Of a stretch of 64,000 nucleotides of DNA, positions 37,736 through 47,595 are shown in pieces. The stretch covers positions 5,115,588-5,179,587 of the forward strand of contig BFEA01000007.1 of assembly GCA_003427395.1 (NCBI GenBank), in the 5' to 3' direction. The stretch is from Chara braunii. Taxonomy: Eukaryota; Plantae; Charophyceae. The first letter of the stretch is position 1; every line of letters starts with the position of its first letter. The notes under the pieces were generated by a model. It worked only from the letters and a program-made list of their open reading frames with translations, had not been told where the DNA came from and ran no database searches. Both the position numbers and the translations under genes were made by a program.

Positions 37736-39111
37736 AAGGATTGTGGTCGACGAAGCACCAAACCGCAAAGAGGACCTTAGGTAGGACGGTAGGACAAGTA
37801 GGGGGGTAAGTTTGATTAGGCGTAGGAAGTTTTTTCTCCCCTTTCCTATCTCTTCTTCTTTCCTCTTCCTTCCTCCCCTCTTCCTCCTTCTCCCTCGTTT
37901 CTCCTCCTCTTCTTTTTTTCACCGCCGCCTTCCTCCTTCCATCTCCACTTTTTTTTGCATCCCGAAAACCTTGGGCTTACCCTTCCCTCCTCCTTTCTCT
38001 TGGCATGTGACTAACCCTCCTCCACTCACTTGTTACATTGTCAGGGAACGAACGGTGAAAGAAATCAGTCCTCACTTGGTGGAGAGAGTGGGCAAGGGAG
38101 GGGTTGTCGGTCCCTTGTGCCGCCAAGAAGGAAAGGGAGAAACACTTGAGAAATTGGGAGGGTTACGCCCTTGAGAATTGAAAGGAGGGAAAGAGAGAGC
38201 ATGACGCAAGGTCGGTTGACTCAACCATTTCCCCGACTGCATGACTATGAAAAGAGGATGGAATGATTGAGCAAAGGAAGGAGAATTAAGGGAAACCAAA
38301 GAAAGAAAAAGAAAAGAAAGTTAGGCATGTGGGAAGGGTTGTGTGTTGACCCCAATGGGGGATTGTATCGGTCTTTGCCTTTGTGTGGGATTGCGCAGGT
38401 GAGTAAGCCTTATGATGTCTTGAGCGGGACCGGGCCGGGAGAAACCGGACGACAAAGGAAGAGGGAATAGGGGGCAAAGGGGCTAAGGAGCCCCCAATGT
38501 AAAATCTACCCATGAAAGAGACCCTTGTGTATGAGATCTGGAGTGCGAATGAAAGAAAGGAGTGAAACTTTGGCTGATCGGAATGTGAAATAGCGTGTGC
38601 ATGCATATGAAGGCCCTAAAAGGACTAAGGGGCTTGCACCAATGACGATGGATGGAATGTGTGGGACACTAAGAATGCATAGAGGCGAGGGGGAAGACGG
38701 CGTCGCCGCACCCCGATGATGCCATAGGGCTGTTGTGTTTAGGGAAATGGTGCGTGGCCTAAGGATGACACTTAGCCTACGCACAAAAGAAGAGGAACTC
38801 TCAAAGAATCCGTGGACTGCCTACGTATTGGAAGGAGCATTTGCTTGAAGAACACAACCAAGAATCAAACAATCAGCGCTTGGGGAATGACCAGTGAGAC
38901 TGCCACCCGGTGCGAGGGCTGAGCTATATCCCCAATGTCAAGCTCTCTCACTCGACGGCCCACCCCGATCCATCTCAAAGCACTAGGTGGGGGTGACCTT
39001 CGGACGAACGGCCCGCACCCTGAGCGTGAGCGTGGGTGGGACGAGCCAACTGGGACCCTCAGTGGGGTCGATAAAGGCTCGAAAGTCTATCGGGGTTTGG
39101 CCCTACAAAAA

Positions 39112-39122
39112 TGGTGGAGGTG
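39112..39122 (+). promoter_or_regulatory. Primer-binding site, tRNA-Ala type
   Basis: TGGTGGAGGTG 4 nt after the LTR-terminal CA, complementary to the ...CACCTCCA-CCA end of eukaryotic tRNA-Ala. Absent after the second LTR copy at 62428. Confidence 0.7.
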
Positions 39123-40419
39123 ACAGGCATGGGGTTAAACTGACCCTTGTGATCCCGAGGGGGGCACCCTACGCAAGACCGTGTACACAACTAAAGAGAA
39201 GGAAATCGAACTTGTGCTTGCTCTTTCCCTTGAGAGAATCAGACTTGAGGGTGGTTGGGCGCATGACATGGCCTGGCCTGGAGGTATAACATGCATGTTG
39301 CACACTTGATCAACTTGCTCCTTTGTGGAGTAACTCTAGCCCCCCTTCCTCCGGTGTTGGTGTTCTCCAGTCCGGGGAAGATTCGGGCAAGTCGCAGATC
39401 GACCCTTCCTCTTCGTATGAAAGAAGGGCTCCGGTTACCTGGCAGGCGGTTGGTACTTCGGCTTCGGTCGGGGTCCAATAAAAATCCCGCGGTGGAGTGA
39501 TCCGTCCGGCTGGGTGTTTTTCTCCCTTTTTCTTCTGAGCCCAGCGGGCTCATGCACTATACACTTGAAATGCTTGAAGGAACCAACATGAACACAAGGG
39601 TCATCGAGAAGGAACAATCCTACCCTATGAAAGGACAGACGAAGGAAGACAAAGGGAATGAAGGGAGTTGCCAGACTCCAAAAAAAACTAGCTCACCTTT
39701 GAAGATGCTCACGAGAAGGAACCAGCCACTGTGTATGGACAATAGGGGGAGTAGCACACACAGTCCTGAGAGAAAACTGTGAGATTTGGGTAGGTTGTGT
39801 CGGATGTACCTTTGGGAAAGGCACTTGTTCTATGTGTGTCCCATTTGGGACTTGTGATCTGCATGAGAGGAATTGAGCGTCCTGCCTTTCAGAAGGAAAA
39901 GATGGGTCTGCACCAGCTGGTGCGGGATTGCGAAACGTCGTTTCTATTGTAGTGTCGCCACGTCCCAAATGCAGAGGTAGGGCCACCGAGAAGACGGACA
40001 GGAGTTGGTCTCGCCGGTTGATTAGTAGCACTCTCTCCCAGGGGCACCGAGCATGGCTCGACACCTTGCCCAGGCGGGATGCGAAACGTCTTCTCAGGCG
40101 GGGCTTTAGCTTGTCGGCTGGCAGGGGAGGACCACTGCACGTGAGGCAGGGAGGGAGCCTCGAAGACAATTAGTAGCGTCCCGTAGTACGGTTTGGGAAA
40201 GGCTGATTCTTATCGGACCGATGGAAGTGAATTCCCGGACGACTGACTTTGCTCCTAACGGGGTGCGCGGGTTGATTCCCGGTACCAACGGGGTGTGCAA
40301 GAGCGGCAAGACGGGATGGGGTATTTTGGGCAAACAGAGAGGGGTAATGCCCTGTGCCAGAGCCTGGGTACCGCGCTTGCGACGGTTGAGTTGTGCTTGA
40401 GGTATGGGATAAAACTCTA

Positions 40420-41267
40420 CCGACGGTAACAGTGGAGAGACCACTTTGGGAAAAAGGCCGGTGAGGAGATGACCGTGCCGTATATGTGAGATTGCCTGAG
40501 TTTTCGTGTTTTGTATCCCCCTCTGTAAAGATGATTGTGACATGAGCCGTTGGGGGGGACTATGATTCTAGTCTATTCTCACCCCCTGCGTAAGTCCGCA
40601 CGAGTGAGTAAAGATCGTGAGACGAAGAGATAGAGGTCAGCTTGAAAGGAACCGAGAAAATGAGTTTGGTGATTTGGAATTTCGGAGGACTGTGGAAGCT
40701 CGAGGTTGGATCTACTTGTCCAAGGAAGGGGAGAACGCCATGGTGGTAGATTTGGCGTTAGGGATAGCCCCGTACCGATTATTTAGGCGGGCGGAACGGG
40801 AAGGAGTGTGGGCTGCATGTCAGCGAGTGGAAATGGAAATGGAAAAGATAGATGTGCAGGTGGAGCTCGGAGATAGAGGGAACGTAAGGCGGCCGCTCAG
40901 GACAATGAGGTGCACTGTGCCTCCGTTCTTGGCGGACGCTGTCTTCGGGACCCGGAGTAGGCTGGTGCGGATATGCCAGTCCATGACGAACCTCGGGTTG
41001 TACCAGGGCGCTCAACAGGACTTCTTCCGTCTATCGATCGAAATGGGACCCATCAAAAGAAATTGGGCAAGGGAACTAGCCGAGATATTAAACTGCCTCA
41101 GCACGGATGAGGTATTTGTTCCAAGTTCCGTTAATTGGAAGATAATCCATAGGAATGTGGCGATACGGGAAATGTTTTTGGACGGGCTGAAAGATCTATG
41201 GTACGTGGGAGAGGACGATCTTACCGATGAAGATGAAGATGATGCAATCGAGGACTGGGACTTTTGA
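40420..41267 (+). pseudogene. Unknown accessory protein, paralog 1 of 4
   Basis: ORF 40617-41267 with GWIYLSKEG...LALGIAPYRLFRRA...FFRLSIEMGPIKRNWARELAEIL...IIHRNV. Disrupted N-terminus (RPLWEKGR*..VYVRLP) from ~40420. Confidence 0.7.
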
Positions 41268-41325
41268 GGAAAGGGTCCGCAGGGCAGAAACGATAAGGGT
41301 GGTCGGCGTTGTGCAGGGTACCAAC

Positions 41326-42078
41326 ATGGCTAGGGAACAACGCTTAAACAACCGGATGCTTATGGGGTGGGAGCCAAGACAGTTCGAGGGAGGAGTAGAG
41401 ATGACCCTACCAACAAGAAATGAATGGAGAGGAGCGATTTGTGACAGGGTAGGGGAAGCGATCGCATCAGAACTATCGTTTCTATGGGTAGAACAAGTAT
41501 GGAACCCGTTGAGAGAGCAAGAAGGATGGGGCGAAATAGCTGAGGGAAGTGTAGAAGCCCTCGGGACGATCTACTTATCAAGAAGGGGGTGGCATCTGTT
41601 CTGCGTAACGCTGGCGTCTGGGCAAGACCCAATGTGGATCTTAGGAGGGGCCGAGGGACGGACCCGAAATATGGGCTACGAGTTCGCCAACAAAGGGTGG
41701 GATGAGGTAAGTAGTAGCGTTGCGATAGGTGGGTGGGAGGAATTCAGGCTGCCGTGCGAGATAGTTCAGGCCTGGGTGCCGCGTTTCGTAGCAGACTGGT
41801 TTGGAGGATACGAACACATCCTCTCGGTGGCAAAAGCCTTAGACGAAGTAAACTTGGACTTTTCATGGCTAATCGACGCTTACTACAAGATCTCATTGGA
41901 AATGGGACCGTTCCACGGGGATAGGGCAAAAGAGGTCGTCGACATCCTGAAATGTTTTAAGGAAGACTGACTCGAGGTGGGCGACAGGGCCGGGGATGCG
42001 AAATTTCGCCGCGAGTTGGCAGCGACCCCCTCATATGTAGGAGATGTGTTCCTATTGTTTGAAGTACTATGGGTATAG
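41326..42078 (+). pseudogene. Unknown accessory protein, paralog 2 of 4
   Basis: ATG at 41326. VEMTLPTRNEW...GTIYLSRRGWHLFCVTLASGQDP...YYKISLEMGPFHGDRAKEVVDIL. One stop at 41968, then homologous FRRELAATPSYVGDVFLLFE in frame. Confidence 0.8.
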
Positions 42079-42278
42079 CAGAAAGACTAGCGCGTAGGCA
42101 AAAGGGGGGGACGGGATCAGAATATGTATGAAGAAGGGACAACGTCGGGAACTGAAGTACATTAGGCGGGAGAACGGTACCGCCGAAGGGAAAGAAGAGA
42201 CTAAACCGGGAAAATGCAATTTTTTTTCAATGGATGCAGTAGCCGGTTGGAGGGAAGCGCGGAGAAAGACACCACAAA

Positions 42279-43042
42279 ATGACTAAGAGAATGATGCTGT
42301 GGGAAAATAGGCCTCGAGAGATCTTGTCGCCTGGCAGGGAAGGTAGCAGCGTAGAGATAAGTGTGCCGACGAGGAACAGGGTGAGCAACCCGGTAATGGA
42401 CTGGGTTGGAATAAAGTTGGTAGAAGATACGGTGTACCTAGTAGTGGAATTGGAAGGGAATTCGGGGGCGTGAACTTGGATCTTCCGGGACGCGTACATG
42501 CCACGGGTTCGCTGTACCTGTCAGAGGAGGGGTGGCGCACCTTTGGGATCACCTTGGCATCCGGAGGAGACCCCGTACGAATGTTTGAGAGGGCTTGGCA
42601 AATAACCTGGCAAGAGGGGTTCGAGTTCGCAGATCCGGAACGAGACGATGTAACAGCCGAAGTAGGAACCGTCATGGCAGGAACCTTTAACCTACCTAAC
42701 TAAATCGTATGGATGAGTCTGCTTCCCTTACTACTAAGGCAAACGCGAGGTGTATAACGAGTTGAGCAGGCAATAGCGGCACTAGCTAGGCTAAGCTTTG
42801 AAGAAGCATCGGTGTATCAAGAATACTATCGGGCCTTCCAGGAGATGGGGCCCTTTGAGGACAAGAGGAGGCACGAAATACTAAGCACATTACGGGTGAC
42901 TGTAACTACTAGACCAAGAATCCCGCTAATAAGTGATGAAACCATGTGGAAAGTCATTAGGCGCGAAGTAAGTCGCGAAATGACCTACCGAGATGATGTC
43001 CAGCGTTTGTTTGAGCCACCGGAGGAGGAGGCAGGCCAATAG
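42279..43042 (+). pseudogene. Unknown accessory protein, paralog 3 of 4
   Basis: VEISVPTRNRV; GSLYLSEEGWRTFGITLASGGDPVRMFERA; YYRAFQEMGPFEDKRRHEILSTL...IRREVSREMTYRDDVQRLFE. One frameshift, two stops. Confidence 0.8.
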
Positions 43043-43177
43043 AGAGGAAAGGAAAAACAAGGGAAAAAGAAAAGATGGGGTAAGAGGCAGGAGGATAGCT
43101 AGCAATGTCCAGGGGAGCGGATGGAATAAGAGGGATTCACTTTCTGTCTGAACCATGTAGGAACCCACCAACCGGCA

Positions 43178-43959
43178 ATGGCGATGAGACGCACCCGAAC
43201 GTCGCGACGACCCACACACCCTCGACCACCCACAGAAAGCAGTAACGGATGGGAGGTGTCGCTCCCGGCGAGCTACGAGGTCCGAGGGATTGACACGGAA
43301 TGGAGAGTTGTGACCTTGGGGAGGGACCAAGCCTTCATGATGGTGGAATGCCTGTAAAGCGGCATGAGGTTCAATAGGGGGCCAGGAGACGACTTATACA
43401 CTGACCTGAGGATGAACGGGACCATGTATTTACCTGAGATTGGATGGCACATGCTAGGGACCGAGATGGCACTAGGGCATGGACTGCTGCCAATCTTCCG
43501 GAGGGCGGCTAGGGCACTAAACCGGATAGGCCAGGAAGTTCGGGGGAGGAGAAATGTGGGCTAGGAACCCGGGTGGAAGTAGGAGGATGGCGAGAGCTTG
43601 CCCCAATGGCAGGGTTGCGGTGCCGGGTACCCTGCTTTATGATAGATTTGGTATTCGGCAGCCTCTCGAGGGCAAGGGAACTGGTGAACTCGACCCTAAC
43701 CTGGATTCACCATTTCCAGCCATAGACAACGGGAATGTTTTACGATGTGTCGGTAAGACACGGGCCGTTTTGGGGAAATCGGGCCCGTGAATTACTAGAA
43801 CTCATCGAGATTCTGATATTTGGGGCTCCACTCTTGGCTTTTGAAGAATATGAGCCGATAATTATCAGAGAAATAAGAATGGGGGAAAACTACCTTGCAG
43901 GGGTGGCTAGCCTATTCGAGGAACCTAACGAACATGACGGGCCTGAGGAACCGGTGTGA
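43178..43959 (+). pseudogene. Unknown accessory protein, paralog 4 of 4
   Basis: WEVSLPASYEVRG; GTMYLPEIGWHMLGTEMALGHGLLPIFRRA; FYDVSVRHGPFWGNRARELLELI...IIREIRMGENYLAGVASLFE. Frameshifted. Confidence 0.75.
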
Positions 43960-46029
43960 GAAAAATGTCGGGGAAGGTGGCAAAGGTGAATTCTAGCTAT
44001 GGAATGATAGAAACAAAAGCAAGGATAGCGATCTGCGGGGGGGTAGTGGCTGGAGTCCTACTCCATCTAAGGGTGTGCCAGGAAGGGACTAGGATGGCCA
44101 CTACTACCAAGGACACCAGGGGTATCCAAAGGCTGGGAAGGCAAAAGGTATCTTCGAAAGAAGGACCGACCCGCCATGGACACGTCGCCTTAGAACCGAG
44201 GCACGGTGGTGACAAAAACACCGAAACCCGGCAGCGGGCTTTCCGACAGGAAAGGCAAGCGGTGTCGAGCGCATCGGTCCGGCACCGCACAAAACGGGGC
44301 GGGACCCTCCCGGCCGCGTCACGCAGGAGTTGGTCTTAATCCTCGTCATGAATACACATGGAGCTTTCGCAAGCTGCTCCGGCTGAGTGCGCCAACCATA
44401 CCTCTCGCGAGCCCCTACGATAGGATAGGGCCTACGCGAGGCACGACTTACCTCCACCTTGCGGGAGTTGTCACCTCCCTTCGGTGGGCGTATCCCCACT
44501 GAGCTACCAGTCCACAGTACGAAAGCTGATCAGTTGCAATCGCAGAGGTGGACCAGCCGAGGGCGTTTCTCGTACGTTGTAGCATAGGGGGTACGCGCGG
44601 TTTTACGCCTCTATCGGACCCGCACGCGAACCAACATCTTGGGGGGCTGAGGTCCCAAGCGCGACTCGTCGCCGGTCGACTAGGACGCATCCCACGCACC
44701 TACGCGTACTCCACTCTAAAGAACATAAAAAATAAAACGCACACGCACATATACATATATATACAGAACGACACAGAACAAACAACGCGACAACACTCCT
44801 AGTCCCTTAGTAGCCATCCCATAGCTCTCCGATGCGGAAATCGAATAGGCGTCGCGCGCGAAATTTTTGTATAAAACCGCGCGGACGTAGGGCTAATTCA
44901 TATTGTCTAGCAATGCATGAATACACAAGCAGTCGCAATGATGGCGTATTATGCAGTGCCCATAATCAAGCGGTTCCTCGTGGATCCGAGTACCGCTTAT
45001 GACACTAAGCGTCAAACTCGAAGTATCGTGAGGGTCTACCCGTTCACGATATTGCACGGCTGAAGGAATAGCCGTGCGGCCTCCACAGCACCTCGGACCT
45101 TTAGGCTGAGTGTCCCGGCAGGCAGGGCAATGAGACTCTTCGCGGGGGGTGATCCCTTCCATGCAGAGTCTTGGACCTGGGATGTCCTGGACAAGGACCT
45201 CGAACGTTCGACTAAAAAATCTTTAAGAAGTATCGACAATAAAAAATGGGTCCTCTTTCCTTTCTCAATCTTAACCCTAATTAAACTCTTAAGCGTGGGC
45301 CCCTTAGGCCACACGAATACTTAATATAAGTACATACATATATATACGTACAGGAGGTATAAGTATGTGACGATCACTTCTCACAATCACAGTGGGACTC
45401 CTCACAACCATATATATGTGTGTGGTCGCAAGCAGTCAAATCCAAAATCTGAACCACAGTACATACCTGCATTCATATCAAAGAGTCAACCAAAAGTTCA
45501 CGCACTACACGGAGTCAACTTCAACCAACCTCTATACTCATACCCCTCGCTTTAGCCATGCAAGCCCCAACCCTTGTCCAACCAACCATAATTAAATACT
45601 CAGTACCTTTGTTAAATGGCAATTCAATAAAAGTCCGGGTGAAAACTTTAATAAAACAACAAAAATCACCAGGGCTAAAATCTTTTAGGTTGAGTATTGA
45701 GGATAAATTGGAGTTGAGTCGTAAACTGACGGATCGACAACCGACCAGTTATCAGTAATAACAGAAGGTGATCCTTGTAGGATCAAGCTGCATCTAGTCC
45801 TGATTTCGAATCAAACGTTCAAGAGGACCTGTAACACAAAACAGACCAATCCCAAGCTAAATTTACGAGTCCAAATCGAGAGTAATCTCCATATCACGAT
45901 TTCACCAAGAATCATCCTACTTAACTAATCCCGAGTCTACCCCTAAGCCAGTGCCTAATGAAAAGGTAGACCTGAGAATCTCCTCTATATAGAGTGGATT
46001 GTCAGACCTGCCACCTGTCAAAATATAAT

Positions 46030-46570
46030 CTAACTCCTCTAAACCAAGAAAATTTCGGCATCGATTCTCGCAGGAAAAGTGCCTTCGCAGAATTTATACT
46101 AACTCAAATATGAAAACGAAACAAACTCTAAATTTGGAAAGCCAAATTTTGTCTAACTCCCTGAATTAGCAAAAATTTGGGCAACACTCTCTTTAGAAAA
46201 GGAGGCTTTCCAGATTTTTACTAGGTCAGATAGGAACTCGGAAGGTAGATTTGAGTTCGATTTTAAGACAAAGTTCAACTGACCCCTTAGATTTGTAGAA
46301 ATTGGCAACGCTTCCCGTAGAGAAAGTGTTATTCCAAGATTTATACAAAGCTAAGTTCAGAATCTAAAATGACTTTCTTCTCAAGGTCCGATTCTGTGTA
46401 TTAGCAAAAATTTGGGCAGCACTCCCTTTAGGAAAGGAGGTTTTCCATATTTTTACTAAGCCAAAAAAGTCAAAAAAATTTGGACCCTGAAAAAGACAAA
46501 ATATGACTAACTCCCTGGTTTTGTAGAAATTTCGGCAGTGCTTCCCGTAGAGAAAGTGGCTTACCAAGAT
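46030..46570 (+). repeat. ~120-bp alternating repeat in LTR family 1 (copy B), 5 units
   Basis: AAATTT(C/G)GGCA...(CCCGTAGAGAAAG or CCTTTAGGAAAGGAGG) units at ~46050, 46172, 46297, 46407 and 46527. Confidence 0.75.
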
Positions 46571-46869
46571 TTACACAAGACCAAGTATAATAAATGATCC
46601 CCAAAAATGCAGAAATCGACCCAAGTAAAAATAAACTTAGCTAAAAAAATGCAGGAATTGAAACTAACTCCTACGACTCTAGCACGTGGCGAGCAAGTAA
46701 AACAACTACCTATCAAACTGAAACTCAAACTAAGTAGTAGTCGCCCTCAGTCTCATGCAAGCCAAACCACAAAGGTAAGTACTCTCACCATCCCAAAGTC
46801 AATTTATCAAACAATAGTTCATAGTCTCTCAATGATTTATTATCCCTTTGTACCCAATTTACATAGGGC

Positions 46870-47595
46870 ATAAAGCCAGACCACCCAAACTTATGGAACA
46901 TGTCTAGCTCAACCATTAAGTATACACAAACACAGGGCACAACAACTTTTCTCTTCTTTGAGCATATGACTAGGCCACCCTAGTCGCCCTGAACTGTTTA
47001 AATACCCCAACTTTATATAATTGTCTGCACTTAGTCTTTTGAGGTAGCATATAACTGAACCGATCATCTTTAGCTCAAGATTCAGTCTGCCCCTTCGTAC
47101 TACACGTTTATTCTTAATTGGTACTCTCTTCATTTGGTGATAAACTATAATTAGACCACCCAAACTTATGAAACCCTGTCTGACTAGCCTGTTCATAGAT
47201 AAAATAGTAGTAAGGTATAACCAAGTTATAACCTTCTGGTTCCAGCATGTGTGTGGCGTTGGACCCAGACCACCCAAACTTATGAAACATGCCTTGGTCC
47301 TCAGCCTGGTTCATTTCTCTTAAAACCAAAGCAGGAAGAGGCTGAGCCACCAAAACTTATGAAACCTCCTCGTTCAGGAGCGAAAGAAACTGAAAGAAAC
47401 CCAAATTAAACAAGGCGACCAAGCCACCCAAAGTTACGGAACATGCTTGGTACCTGAAAAGTCGTTCACAACCAGCCCTCACAAATCAGAGCAACCAGAT
47501 CACCCAAACATATGGAACATGTCTGGTTCCCCAGGCAATTCAAAATAAACATAGCATTGGGCCTCCCCAAACTTATGGAGACTTGCCCAACCTTT
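46870..47595 (+). repeat. Hairpin-motif array (CCA-AACTTA-TGG core), ~7 copies
   Basis: Loops at 46888, 47163, 47277, 47354, 47431 (variant), 47507 (variant) and 47570. Positional homolog of 12355-14340. Confidence 0.85.

Larger units (their letters stand above)
30949..39107 (+). mobile_element. Giant 5' LTR, family 2 (right end firm; left end 30949, or 33043 if two related LTRs are nested)
   Basis: 36930-39107 is homologous to the reverse complement of 62428-64000, and homology ends at CCCTACA, followed here by a PBS. TGTCGGGAC at 30949 coincides with a strand-composition switch. 31720-32320 recurs, diverged, at 34055-34610. Confidence 0.65.

Noticed and set aside
44248-44262. Polypurine tract making 44263 the 3' LTR of the upstream element
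   Set aside because: The LTR at 44263 is a different family from the one ending at 39107, and the purine run lies within an interrupted reading frame. A nested insertion is simpler.
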